Of a stretch of DNA of 64,000 nt, positions 10,301-20,660 are shown in pieces. How positions within the stretch are numbered: the first letter of the stretch is position 1; each line of letters begins with the position of its first letter. The notes below the pieces were generated by a model. It was given only the letters and a program-made list of their open reading frames with translations. It was not told the DNA's origin and did not search any database. A program made the position numbers and the translations under genes. Source of the DNA: Ignavibacteriota bacterium (GTDB lineage: Bacteria; Bacteroidota; Ignavibacteria; Tepidaquicellales; Tepidaquicellaceae); the NCBI GenBank assembly GCA_026390735.1, contig JAPLFJ010000038.1, positions 5,062 to 69,061 of the forward strand. Reading direction: 5' to 3'.

Positions 10301-13300
10301 ATGAAGCATTTAATTTTCAAATTAGCAATATTCTCCGGTATTGTTGCGTTATTACTGATTTCATATTTCACACAACCTTCAGCAGAAATTAATAAATCAG
10401 GAAACAATGTTACTACCGCAGTACGAGACACACAATACCATATCGGCGCATTCGATAACGGCTGGTATTCGCAGTATAACTATTTAAAAGATTCATTGAA
10501 ATTCAATGTATGGCATAATTATTCAGCACTTGAAAATGGATGGGAAATGAATACAAGTGACAATTATTTACAGCCTATACCGCAATTTGTCAAGGACATC
10601 GTTCGAAACAATAAAGATAGCAGTATGAGAACATATATGGACCGTCCTATAATTCAATACATCGTTGCGGGTCAACGGGTTGACTACGAGTGCGAGCAGA
10701 TTCCCTCAAGCGACCCTTATTGGTTTTATTCTTTTACGGGTTCGATAAACGGTACAATTCACGTTAATGATACTACTGATAACGACCCAAAATATGGAAG
10801 CGGTGAAAGGGTTAAACGGTGTAAAATAATAGAGCAAAACCCAATTACAAGCAATATTTTAATAGATTCAGGAGTAATATCCGACAGGGAATTATCTTTT
10901 AATGCTACCCAATCCTGGATGAATGATAAACGCTGGGACTGGTACGTTATGCCAAGGATAAGAATAGATTCCACTTATGCCACAGGTGGTCAACATGATA
11001 CTGAGACAGTTTGCAGAATTCAAATAACAGGATGGAATGGACAAGTAGTTAAAGATGTTCCAATCCGAGTTATGAATTTTAAACCAGACTCTTTGAACCC
11101 CATATATCATGGAAATTATTTAGAGGAGTTTTATTTTAGGCAGGGTCAAGGAAACTTAAAAATTGACACATCATTATGGAGTAACTTTTCGGATACGACC
11201 GACCATAACTTCTTTGCCTTCGACTGGAATAATCAAAAATACAGCGGAAACGACTTTAAAATTTATTGGACAGGTAAATGCGATATGTGGATTGACAGAG
11301 TGAGGCTGGAAAATACACCTGCTCATCAATATTTAACATTAAATGACAATATGCATAATTACTTAGTAGGAAGACTCAACACTGAAATCGACCTTGCACA
11401 AGATAATAAAAGGGACGGAGTACCAAATTACTTTTATTTTGAAGAATGTGAATTCAGTCACTTCCCTGCAATAAAACAATTGGACAGTCAGATAATTGGC
11501 CGATATGGCAACACCAACTCACTCGTCATCTGGCTAAACTATGATCTGTTCAGGGCTCATATACCGGGATTTCCTAATGATAACAAAAGTCTTTTGAATG
11601 CATCACAGTTGAAAAAATACTTACACGACGATTTTGGTCTGAACACAATCGTTATGGGTTCATATTCTCTTGAAGGTTATTCAAATTATGATGTGGCGCA
11701 TAACTCTTACTGGTCAAAATCATACCATCCCAATACATTATTTGATCCGGATCAGGATTATGATTCGTCAATAACGAAGGGTGTTTTATCATACACAGCA
11801 ACACCGGATTTTTATGATAATTGGCTTCAAACACACATTGATACAGGACGGGGTGGGTCAAAACTAATTTATATTGATAAACTGATGGACGGACTTTCAA
11901 AGAATAGCGATATGAAAATTATAAATTGTCCGCAAGCACATCTCTGGTATAGCCCGTCACATAAATTAAAAGAACCCTCAAATGAAGAACTTGAACTGCA
12001 AACCTGTCTTGGCATTACTTATAACGCAAAAGGTACTATGTATTTTTCTTATACATCATTTGATAATACTATAAATTCAACTTACGCCCGTGGGATTATT
12101 AATGGCACAACTTCTGATAGTTGTAGTCCGCGTCACGTATCTGCTTACAATCAGGATAAATTTAAAAAGATTGGAGAGATAAACAGTAAACTGCAAAAAT
12201 GGGGACCGTACATTATGAACTTCGACGCTAATTCAACCAAATCCTGTTCTTACAAAAGTGATGATGAAAGACCAAACTTTTTAAACTCCACATATTTCTC
12301 TGATATTATAACTTTTAAACCGGGCTCGGGTTCGCCTGCCTGTGTTGCATATACTCCACAGTTTACTTTGCCCACGGGTTTAACTTACGAATGCAATTAT
12401 GACAGATACATTCAGGCAGCTACATTCAAATCGAGCACAAGTGAACTGGATAAATACTTTATGATTGTTAACAGAAGGTGCTCGCCTTATATAAACGAAA
12501 CCTCCATTGATAACAGAGGCGGCAAAAGAAATATCCGTGTAAGGTTTGATATAAATTCATCTGAATTTGCAAACTATGATAACTGGGAAATATTTTGCAT
12601 AGATTCGAATAAAACTGTTGCAACATTCGGCAAAAGTGCAGGCACACTCATTGACCTTGGCTGGTATATGCCCGGGCAGGGAGAACTTTACAAAATATCC
12701 CCTGTTATATTAGGCGGCGGTACACTCGTTGTCGATGAAGTTATAAGCGGTAACGTAAACTGCAACGGAATGATTTACAATGGCGGACACAACATAACCA
12801 TTTCTCCCAATGCTGTTGTAACATTTTCAGACAGTGCAGGTATAGAAATGAACGGAGGATGTTTCGTCAGTAATGTTAATGCAGATAATGCTGATGCTGT
12901 AACGCTTACAGGCAAAACAGAAACAACTTTCTGGAAAGGTATCACACTCATTGGCTGTGATTCCATCGGTGTTTACAACACAAACATTTCAAACATAAAA
13001 GCAAACGATACGGCAAAAGCGTTTTCAATCATAAATTCATACAAGGTTAATTTCAGAAGGAATACTATTAATGCAAACAGTAATTCAGGAGGAATTCAGG
13101 CTGTATATAATAGTTTTTCGGATAACCTGATAGTATTCAACGTTCGCGAATGCAACTTTAATATGAATCAGAGCGGTTACTCAGCTATCAGTGTACTTTC
13201 AAACGCATCTGTAACTCTGCCGATTGTAACCGAATGGTGTTTGTTCAATTCTCAGAACGATACATCAAACGCAATTTTATTTACCGAAGTTACAGGCGGT

Positions 13301-14974
13301 GCAATTAAGAATAATGTATTTACTAACTTCGGAAAATCAGTTGTTCTTATGTATTCCACAACAGACCTCTACGGAAACACAATCCTTGGTAAAAATAACT
13401 CACAGGGAATTTTGTGTCTTTCGGGAAGTTATGCGTCACTAAGCCCAACATCAGGTCAGTATCTTGGCGGATATAATTACATCAAGAACAATGGCACTTC
13501 GGCAAGCAATGTATATTCAAACAATTCATACTTTAATATTCAAAACGGACAGAATGATTTCGATTTAAGCGATATTGATAACTCAAAACACCTTACAGGT
13601 GATTTAATCGGAATGCCCTATTTATACGTAAACGCAATGAAGAATTGTTTCCACAAAGACAGCGTAACAAACATAGATGCGACACTTTCAGTTGTTTGGA
13701 ATGGTTCTACTGATCCTGTTAATTTTATTTTCGCAGATTACAGTTGTAAACTTTCTCCTCCCGGCGATTACTTTGTGTATCAATACGGCGGATATAGCGA
13801 TACTTTTTACTACCGTTCGGGCGGTGAAGGAAGCGGATTTAATCCGAATAAACCAATGAACATCGAAGAAAATGTTTATAAGAGTTTGAAAGATTCCATA
13901 AACATAAACCTTAGAAAGAGAAATTATCTTACCGTTGAAGACAAAGCAAAACAACTTTTAACGCAATATCCTGACAGCCTTGAAAGTGCCACAATGGTAC
14001 AGAAACTTTACATGGCATCGCTAAGTCTTGATAGTACTAAAATAGGAATAACAAAAACATTCCTTGAAAACTTAATAGCAACAAACACACAAAACCCAAC
14101 ACTAATAAAACGAGCATTTTACTTCATTCAGAAATGCAAAGTTAAACTCGGACAGTATCAATCAGCACTCAACGGCTTTCAATACATAATGACACAGAAT
14201 CCATACACATATGAAGGACTCGTTGCAAGCTGGGACTATGCGGCAACATATTTACTAATGGGAACAGGCGGCAGTTATAAAGGAGATTTAGAGCAAACAA
14301 CCGAAGAACTAAACACACCTGCCGACACATTGTTAAACCGTATGACGAAGAGTGATATAAACACAAATAAAAGCAAAAACACAAATTCAAACAGAAACTC
14401 AACCGAGCAAATAACAAAGACATTCTACGAGAAAATAAAGAACGTAACGAAGGATGATAAGACCGCACAGGAAGAGAAAGTGAAGACACTCGAAAAGAAG
14501 ATAGAAACAACAAAAAGCAAAAACGAAAAGAGCGATGCAATAACAGAACTCGCAACGATGAAACAAATTAAAGAAGTGGTGAAACTAAAGAAACCAAACA
14601 CCATCGTAACTCACACTGCAATCATTAACAATGACATCAAGAAAGTATTCGGAATCGGAAAAGGAAACAAAGATGAATCAACAAACAGTCTAATTCCGCA
14701 AACTTACACACTATACCAAAACTATCCGAACCCGTTTAATCCAACGACTAAGATAGCGTATGATATACCACGAGATGCAAAAGTGAAACTCGTAATCTAC
14801 GACATTCTCGGAAGAGAAATGAAAACACTCGTTAACAATGAATTTCGTTCGGCAGGTAAACACATAACCGAGTTCAACGGTTCGAACTTGGCAAGCGGAA
14901 TATACTTTGCACGGATACTCGTAAACGAAGGAAAGGATTTTATTTCGGTTAAAAAAATGGTTCTAATCAAATAA
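10301..14974 (+). CDS. Giant secreted protein (1557 aa): unknown N-terminal region, parallel beta-helix repeats, TPR-like helical region, K/E/N/T-rich linker, T9SS-type C-terminal domain
   Basis: Hydrophobic N-terminal signal/anchor. Repetitive N/G/S-rich approx 22-25 aa segments (e.g. ITISPNAVVTFSDSAGIEMNGG, GITLIGCDSIGVYNTNISN) typical of pectate-lyase-type beta-helices. C-terminus has QNYPNPFNPTTKIAYD...SGIYFARI. Confidence 0.75.
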   Translation: MKHLIFKLAIFSGIVALLLISYFTQPSAEINKSGNNVTTAVRDTQYHIGAFDNGWYSQYNYLKDSLKFNVWHNYSALENGWEMNTSDNYLQPIPQFVKDIVRNNKDSSMRTYMDRPIIQYIVAGQRVDYECEQIPSSDPYWFYSFTGSINGTIHVNDTTDNDPKYGSGERVKRCKIIEQNPITSNILIDSGVISDRELSFNATQSWMNDKRWDWYVMPRIRIDSTYATGGQHDTETVCRIQITGWNGQVVKDVPIRVMNFKPDSLNPIYHGNYLEEFYFRQGQGNLKIDTSLWSNFSDTTDHNFFAFDWNNQKYSGNDFKIYWTGKCDMWIDRVRLENTPAHQYLTLNDNMHNYLVGRLNTEIDLAQDNKRDGVPNYFYFEECEFSHFPAIKQLDSQIIGRYGNTNSLVIWLNYDLFRAHIPGFPNDNKSLLNASQLKKYLHDDFGLNTIVMGSYSLEGYSNYDVAHNSYWSKSYHPNTLFDPDQDYDSSITKGVLSYTATPDFYDNWLQTHIDTGRGGSKLIYIDKLMDGLSKNSDMKIINCPQAHLWYSPSHKLKEPSNEELELQTCLGITYNAKGTMYFSYTSFDNTINSTYARGIINGTTSDSCSPRHVSAYNQDKFKKIGEINSKLQKWGPYIMNFDANSTKSCSYKSDDERPNFLNSTYFSDIITFKPGSGSPACVAYTPQFTLPTGLTYECNYDRYIQAATFKSSTSELDKYFMIVNRRCSPYINETSIDNRGGKRNIRVRFDINSSEFANYDNWEIFCIDSNKTVATFGKSAGTLIDLGWYMPGQGELYKISPVILGGGTLVVDEVISGNVNCNGMIYNGGHNITISPNAVVTFSDSAGIEMNGGCFVSNVNADNADAVTLTGKTETTFWKGITLIGCDSIGVYNTNISNIKANDTAKAFSIINSYKVNFRRNTINANSNSGGIQAVYNSFSDNLIVFNVRECNFNMNQSGYSAISVLSNASVTLPIVTEWCLFNSQNDTSNAILFTEVTGGAIKNNVFTNFGKSVVLMYSTTDLYGNTILGKNNSQGILCLSGSYASLSPTSGQYLGGYNYIKNNGTSASNVYSNNSYFNIQNGQNDFDLSDIDNSKHLTGDLIGMPYLYVNAMKNCFHKDSVTNIDATLSVVWNGSTDPVNFIFADYSCKLSPPGDYFVYQYGGYSDTFYYRSGGEGSGFNPNKPMNIEENVYKSLKDSININLRKRNYLTVEDKAKQLLTQYPDSLESATMVQKLYMASLSLDSTKIGITKTFLENLIATNTQNPTLIKRAFYFIQKCKVKLGQYQSALNGFQYIMTQNPYTYEGLVASWDYAATYLLMGTGGSYKGDLEQTTEELNTPADTLLNRMTKSDINTNKSKNTNSNRNSTEQITKTFYEKIKNVTKDDKTAQEEKVKTLEKKIETTKSKNEKSDAITELATMKQIKEVVKLKKPNTIVTHTAIINNDIKKVFGIGKGNKDESTNSLIPQTYTLYQNYPNPFNPTTKIAYDIPRDAKVKLVIYDILGREMKTLVNNEFRSAGKHITEFNGSNLASGIYFARILVNEGKDFISVKKMVLIK

Positions 14975-14993
14975 TAACTGAAAAACTTTAGAT

Positions 14994-15024
14994 AAATCCC
15001 CGTCTAAACGACGGGGATTTATTC
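14994..15024 (+). terminator. Rho-independent terminator
   Basis: aaatccccgtc-taaac-gacggggattt followed by a T-rich tail. Confidence 0.8.
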
Positions 15025-15186
15025 TTATAAAATAATTTCAATTATTTATCATTTCTCGGGAACTTTTCTCACCATACCGTTGTTTAAACATTACAATGTA
15101 TAATCAAATGTGTATTGTTGATTATTTACTAATCATCTGCTTTAAAAGACTGAAAATGTAAAAACCGCATTTTTGAATACCTAATA

Positions 15187-15222
15187 CACATCAAATACAC
15201 GTCTAACCCACATCAAATACAC
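15187..15222. repeat. Perfect 14-nt direct repeat cacatcaaatacac x2 at 22-nt spacing in a 0.7-kb non-coding region
   Basis: Copies at 15187-15200 and 15209-15222, read directly. Confidence 0.9.
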
Positions 15223-15699
15223 ATGAAATCCACCTAATTCAGCAATCAATAAGCAAATAACCTGCAAGAGTTTAGCAAAGAACAGGCAGAGGTAATAATC
15301 CACAATCTTTTTAGCTGAACTATAGTTATTAAACGGAAATTTGCGATTTTGGTTTACCAAAACTATAATTTAGCGATTTAATACCTAATGACTACTAGAA
15401 TTCTTTTATCTTATAATCCATACTCTGGTAAACCAGAATTATCTTTTCTTATCTTTAACCCTAAAAAACAATCAGTGAAAATCAGCTCTAATCGTCTTTT
15501 ATGCTGTGCCATTTCTTCTTTTATCTTTTCTTGCCATCTTGTGCACGTTTTCACTCGTAACTGTATAACTTAAATATTCAGATGTTTTGAACATAAAGAG
15601 AATTATTTCATTATTATTTTCTGTTCTTTTGGAATTTATTTTGTGGTATATAATTGTTATTTGTAAATCTATTAAATTTAAAATTAATCAATTATCAAT

Positions 15700-16875
15700 A
15701 TGAAAGAAGTAGTTATAGTTTCAGCCGTCAGAACTCCAATAGGTTCTTTTCAGGGAGCACTTGCAGGGTTTACTGCACCACAGCTTGGTGCTCTTGTTAT
15801 TAAAGAAGCAGTTAAACGTGCAGGTATAAAACCGGAGGATGTTTCTGAAGTGATTATGGGAAATGTTCTTCCTGCGGGCGAAGGTCAGGCTCCTGCAAGA
15901 CAGGCAGCGATTTATGCAGGTCTACCGAAATCAACTCCTTGCATGACAATAAATAAAGTCTGCGGTTCGGGTCTTAAGGCTGTTATGCTTGCCGCACAGG
16001 CAATCATAGCAGGCGATGCAGAAGTAGTTGTTGCAGGCGGTATGGAATCGATGAGCAATGTCCCCTATTATCTTCCTAAAGCACGTACAGGTTACAGAAT
16101 GGGTAACGGAACAATAATTGACGGAATGGTTCACGACGGTCTCTGGGACTGCTACAATAATTATCATATGGGAAGTGCGGGCGAACTTTGTGCGAAGGAA
16201 ATGAATATTCCTAGAAAAGAACAGGATGATTTCTCCGTAGAAAGTTACACACGTGCACTTAACGCGATTGAAAAAGGATTGTTCAACAAAGAAATAGTTG
16301 CAGTAGAGATAAAAGATAAAAAGGGTTCGAAGATTGTTGCAGAAGATGAAGAGCCAAAGAAAACAAACTTCGAAAAAGGTCTTGCGTTAAGACCTGCATT
16401 CGATAAAGAAGGTTCAATCACAGCTTTCAATGCATCAAAGATTAATGACGGTGCATCGGCACTCGTGATTATGTCCAGAGAAAAAGCAGATGCAATGGGG
16501 ATAAAACCACTTGCAAAGATTATCGCACAAACATCTTTCGCACAGGAACCTGAATGGTTCACAACAGCTCCTGCTTATGCGATAGAAAATGTAATAAAGA
16601 AAGCAAACATGAAACTTGAAGATATTGATATCTTCGAAATCAACGAAGCATTTGCAGTACAGGCACTTGCAGTAATAAAAGTTGCGAAATTAGATATTGC
16701 GAAAGTAAATCTAAACGGCGGTGCCGTTGCTCTCGGACATCCGATTGGAGCAAGCGGTGCAAGAATATTAACAACATTATTAAGCGTACTTGAGCAGCAG
16801 AACAAGAAAATCGGTCTTGCAACATTATGTATCGGCGGCGGAGAAGCCAGTGCTTTAATAATTGAAAGATTATAA
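15700..16875 (+). CDS. Acetyl-CoA C-acetyltransferase (thiolase II)
   Basis: 391 aa. Active-site NKVCGSGLKA, NLNGGAVALGHPIGASGARI and CIGGGEASA signatures. Confidence 0.95.
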   Translation: MKEVVIVSAVRTPIGSFQGALAGFTAPQLGALVIKEAVKRAGIKPEDVSEVIMGNVLPAGEGQAPARQAAIYAGLPKSTPCMTINKVCGSGLKAVMLAAQAIIAGDAEVVVAGGMESMSNVPYYLPKARTGYRMGNGTIIDGMVHDGLWDCYNNYHMGSAGELCAKEMNIPRKEQDDFSVESYTRALNAIEKGLFNKEIVAVEIKDKKGSKIVAEDEEPKKTNFEKGLALRPAFDKEGSITAFNASKINDGASALVIMSREKADAMGIKPLAKIIAQTSFAQEPEWFTTAPAYAIENVIKKANMKLEDIDIFEINEAFAVQALAVIKVAKLDIAKVNLNGGAVALGHPIGASGARILTTLLSVLEQQNKKIGLATLCIGGGEASALIIERL

Positions 16876-16923
16876 CTGAATCGTTATTTTTGATAACTCA
16901 TTAAATTTCAAACAGAACAATAA

Positions 16924-17778
16924 ATGGAAATAAAACAAATATCTGTTATAGGTGCAGGAACTATGGGAAACGGTATCGCACACGTATTCGCACAGTTTGG
17001 TTTTAAAGTAAATCTTATTGATTTATCGGAAGAATTTCTTGATAAAGCAATAAAGACTATTACAGGAAACCTTGACAGACAGGTGAAGAAAGGTACTATT
17101 ACAGAGGAAGTTAAGAATGCAACTCTTGCAAACATTACAAGAACTACAAAACTGCAGGATGCAAAGACTTCTGATTTGATTGTTGAAGCTGCTACAGAAA
17201 ATCCTGAGATTAAAAAGCAGATATTCAAAACAATCGACGGATTATGCAAGGAAGATGCAATTCTTGCTACTAACACTTCTTCAATTTCCATAACTGAAAT
17301 AGGTGCAGTAACAAAACGTGCCGATAAAGTAATAGGAATGCACTTTATGAATCCTGTTCCGATGATGAAACTTGTTGAGATAATACGAGGTCTTGCAACG
17401 TCGCAGGAAACTTATGATATAGTGAAAGTACTTACCGAAAAGATTGAGAAAGTACCTGTTGAAGTTCAGGACTATCCCGGATTTATTTCAAACAGAATTC
17501 TTATGCCGATGATTAATGAAGCGATTTACTGCGTTATGGAAGGTGTTGCAGAACCGGAAGCAATCGATTCGATTATGAAACTTGGTATGAATCATCCGAT
17601 GGGACCGCTTACGCTTGCAGATTTTATTGGACTTGATGTTTGTCTGTTTATAATGGAAGTTCTTCACAATGGTCTTGGCGATACAAAATACCGCCCATGT
17701 CCCCTTCTGAAGAAAATGGTTGCCGCAGGATACCTTGGCAGAAAAAGCGGAAAAGGTTTTTACGAATACAATAAATAG
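16924..17778 (+). CDS. hbd: 3-hydroxybutyryl-CoA / 3-hydroxyacyl-CoA dehydrogenase
   Basis: 284 aa. Rossmann [20 protein letters not shown] and PGFISNRIL motifs. Confidence 0.9.
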   Translation: MEIKQISVIGAGTMGNGIAHVFAQFGFKVNLIDLSEEFLDKAIKTITGNLDRQVKKGTITEEVKNATLANITRTTKLQDAKTSDLIVEAATENPEIKKQIFKTIDGLCKEDAILATNTSSISITEIGAVTKRADKVIGMHFMNPVPMMKLVEIIRGLATSQETYDIVKVLTEKIEKVPVEVQDYPGFISNRILMPMINEAIYCVMEGVAEPEAIDSIMKLGMNHPMGPLTLADFIGLDVCLFIMEVLHNGLGDTKYRPCPLLKKMVAAGYLGRKSGKGFYEYNK

Positions 17779-17808
17779 TATACAAATTAAACTTTAAAAA
17801 TACTTAAA

Positions 17809-18951
17809 ATGGATTTCAATTTTACGGAAGAACAGATTCAAATCAGAGATGCCGCAAGAGACTTTGCTGAAAATGAAATTGCACCATCTGCTGTTGAAAG
17901 AGATATTAATGCAACATTCCCTGCTGAAATAGTAAAACAGTTAGGTGAAATGGGTTTTATGGGAATGATGGTTTCGCCTGAATGGGGAGGTGCAGGGCTC
18001 GATACTGTAAGTTACGTACTTGCGATGGAGGAAATATCAAAAGTTGACGCATCAGTCGGTGTTATTATGTCAGTAAACAATTCACTCGTTTGTTTTGGTC
18101 TGGAAAAATGGGGTACAAACGAACAGAAAGAAAAGTATTTACGTCCGCTTGCCACAGGACAAAAACTCGGAGCATTCTGCCTCTCAGAACCTGAAGCAGG
18201 AAGCGATGCAACGAATCAAAAGACTTTAGCCGATAAAGACGGCGACTTTTACGTTTTAAACGGAATGAAGAACTGGATTACAAACGGTACTTCAGCTGAC
18301 TATTATTTAGTTCAGGCACAGACAGATAAATCTAAAGGATATAAAGGAATTACAACATTTATAGTAGAGAAAACTTTCCCCGGTGTTGAACTTGGAAAGA
18401 AAGAAGATAAACTCGGTATCAGGAGTTCAGATACATGTACGGTTGGTTTAAATAACGTAAGGGTACCTAAAGAAAACATTCTTGGAGAAGAAGGTCTTGG
18501 CTTTAAGATTGCAATGGAAACTCTCAATGGCGGCAGAATTGGAATTGCATCACAGGCATTAGGAATTGCATCAGCTTCACTCGATGCATCAATAAAATAC
18601 TCAAAAGAAAGAAAAGCATTCGACGAACCTATCTGCAACTTACAGGCAATTCAATTCAAACTTGCAGATATGGCAGTTAACGTTGAGACTGCAAGACTGC
18701 TTATTGTTCAGTCTGCTTTAAAGAAAGACGCACACGAAAAGTACGCAAAGGAAGCTGCACAGGGAAAACTTTATGCAAGCCGTGTTGCAGTTCACAACGC
18801 ACTCGAGGCAATTCAGATTCACGGCGGATATGGATACGTGAGAGAATACCTTGTAGAAAGATATTTACGCGATGCAAAGATTACTGAAATTTATGAAGGA
18901 ACGAGTGAAATACAAAAGATAGTTATTGCTCGAGAGTTATTAAGAGATTAA
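17809..18951 (+). CDS. Acyl-CoA dehydrogenase (short/butyryl-chain type)
   Basis: 380 aa. CLSEPEAGSD, GGYGYVREY and IYEGTSEIQ signatures. Confidence 0.9.
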   Translation: MDFNFTEEQIQIRDAARDFAENEIAPSAVERDINATFPAEIVKQLGEMGFMGMMVSPEWGGAGLDTVSYVLAMEEISKVDASVGVIMSVNNSLVCFGLEKWGTNEQKEKYLRPLATGQKLGAFCLSEPEAGSDATNQKTLADKDGDFYVLNGMKNWITNGTSADYYLVQAQTDKSKGYKGITTFIVEKTFPGVELGKKEDKLGIRSSDTCTVGLNNVRVPKENILGEEGLGFKIAMETLNGGRIGIASQALGIASASLDASIKYSKERKAFDEPICNLQAIQFKLADMAVNVETARLLIVQSALKKDAHEKYAKEAAQGKLYASRVAVHNALEAIQIHGGYGYVREYLVERYLRDAKITEIYEGTSEIQKIVIARELLRD

Positions 18952-18960
18952 TTCTAAAAG

Positions 18961-18986
18961 AAAACCCCGTTTTAAACGGGGTTTTT
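18961..18986. terminator. Bidirectional rho-independent terminator between convergent genes
   Basis: aaaaccccgt-tttaa-acggggttttt, with A-run and T-run flanks. Confidence 0.8.
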
Positions 18987-18988
18987 AG

Positions 18989-19450
18989 TTATAAGTCTGC
19001 CGGAACATTCCATATTAAATTTCCCTCGTGAGTTTTTAGCTCTATCTTAGAAGGTATGTAATTCTTTTTAGCATCTTTTATCCCGAACCTCTGATAATTA
19101 TCAATATCACTGTTGAATATGAATATGAAAGTATCACCTGATTTCAATAAAGACCTCGTTAAAACTATCGGTTCATCGTAAGTCTTATCTTTTAATCCCT
19201 CGAAAGTGTGTTCGTACTTATCGTCGAACTTAAAAGTACAGTGTATGAAATCACTGTCGGACTGATTCGTTATTCGTAATGCAAATGCGCCAAAGTCTTC
19301 CGACTTTGACTTCACTTTACTTACTTCCAGATTAATCCTTAATCCCTTTTCGTTTGTGACGGGCTTAAGCTCTTTCCAGCTCATTCCGCATGAAGAAAGC
19401 ATTGCGGAAAGGAAAATTATTAGTGCTGTGTTTAGTGTAATTTTATTCAT
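18989..19450 (-). CDS. Lipoprotein, unknown function
   Basis: Signal peptide plus lipobox (FLSAMLSSCG). I prefer the start at the second Met of the track ORF. Confidence 0.55.
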   Translation of the reverse strand: MNKITLNTALIIFLSAMLSSCGMSWKELKPVTNEKGLRINLEVSKVKSKSEDFGAFALRITNQSDSDFIHCTFKFDDKYEHTFEGLKDKTYDEPIVLTRSLLKSGDTFIFIFNSDIDNYQRFGIKDAKKNYIPSKIELKTHEGNLIWNVPADL

Positions 19451-19475
19451 ATGCAAAGATACAATTCCTTTATAT

Positions 19476-20660
19476 TTATAACAGTTGAATAATTTCTCTC
19501 AATTCATAAATAGCTTCCTTCAGCTGATTGTCTGTAAGGTACGGCGCAGGTCCCAACCTGAGAAACTCCCCTCTTGAATCAGCAAATACATTCCTGATTT
19601 TTAACTCTTCAGTAAATTTTCCTGCAAAAGGAGTAATGAATGTCAGGAATCCCGCAGTGTTTTTCTGAGATGTTAATTTGATTACCTTTTCGTCAAGATT
19701 CATTTCCGTGAATGTATCAGCAAGTACTTTCTTCTGATGAATGTTTATTTCACGAAGAAGTTTTGGAGTTAACTTTTGTTCATCGAAAAACTTAAAAACT
19801 TCCAGAGCTCTGTAATGTGACGCAGGGTCATACGTAGAACCTTCGAAAGCCCAGTGCTTTTCTCCGTACTGAACCTCTCCTGGAATCTTCTTTGCCGAAA
19901 GTGTTGCAAATTCTGCGAACCATCCTGTTATTACAGGCTTAAATATTTCGTTCGGAGGTATACGCATAAAACAATTTCCTTCGCCGAGCTCTAAATATTT
20001 ATAACCTCCGCCGACTAAGAATGAACCCTTAAGACCTTCTTCTTTAATTGAAAAAGGAATAGCATTCAAAACGTGATATATATCTACTAAAAGTTTTGCT
20101 CCGTGCATCGTACAGGCATTTTCCACTTCAGAAAGTCCGCTAACGATTGCAGAATCCTGAAACATAACTTTCGAAACCATCACTGCACAAACTTTATTAT
20201 CAATCTGCTGAATAATTCTCTCGGAAAGAGTTTCCACCGGGTTACGCTGTACCTTCACAACTTCAAGAATTCCCTGACTAAGTCTGTCCATCTGCCGCCT
20301 GATAGTATGAAACTCACCGTCAGTAGTGATAATCTTATTTCTTTTCTTTAAATCCAGCGCAGAAAGAAAACGAAGAATTAAATCGTGAGTATTTTGTCCG
20401 AGGACAATGTTATTTTTATCATCATCCATCAGCCCCGAAAGATAAGTTCTTACTGAATCCGCAGCCTCAAACACTTTTCCCCACTTATCATCGGCAAGAG
20501 AAGAAGCATCTTTCCAGCATTTAAGTACTCCTTCCTTTGCACAATCGGGCTGAGCTTGATGAGAATGTCCTGTAAGCAGAATTCTTTCTGTAACTTTGAA
20601 GTCTTTGTAGTATTCAGACAAAGGATTTATGTCTTTGCCAAGGTCTTCCACACTAATCAT
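19476..20660 (-). CDS. kynU: Kynureninase-like PLP enzyme (aminotransferase class V fold)
   Basis: 394 aa. TGHSHQ, GGGYKYL (PLP-lysine region) and ITGWF motifs resemble kynureninase. 8-nt overlap with the upstream tryptophan 2,3-dioxygenase gene. Confidence 0.7.
   Translation of the reverse strand: MISVEDLGKDINPLSEYYKDFKVTERILLTGHSHQAQPDCAKEGVLKCWKDASSLADDKWGKVFEAADSVRTYLSGLMDDDKNNIVLGQNTHDLILRFLSALDLKKRNKIITTDGEFHTIRRQMDRLSQGILEVVKVQRNPVETLSERIIQQIDNKVCAVMVSKVMFQDSAIVSGLSEVENACTMHGAKLLVDIYHVLNAIPFSIKEEGLKGSFLVGGGYKYLELGEGNCFMRIPPNEIFKPVITGWFAEFATLSAKKIPGEVQYGEKHWAFEGSTYDPASHYRALEVFKFFDEQKLTPKLLREINIHQKKVLADTFTEMNLDEKVIKLTSQKNTAGFLTFITPFAGKFTEELKIRNVFADSRGEFLRLGPAPYLTDNQLKEAIYELREIIQLL

Noticed and set aside
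15388-15573. 61-aa ORF in the long intergenic region.
   Set aside because: No SD or plausible promoter context, odd Cys/Ser/Phe-rich composition and no motif. Probably non-coding.
15700-18951. Thiolase-hbd-acyl-CoA dehydrogenase cluster lacking crotonase and etfAB.
   Set aside because: The missing genes can be encoded elsewhere. This is an ordinary fatty-acid/butyrate-type metabolism cluster.
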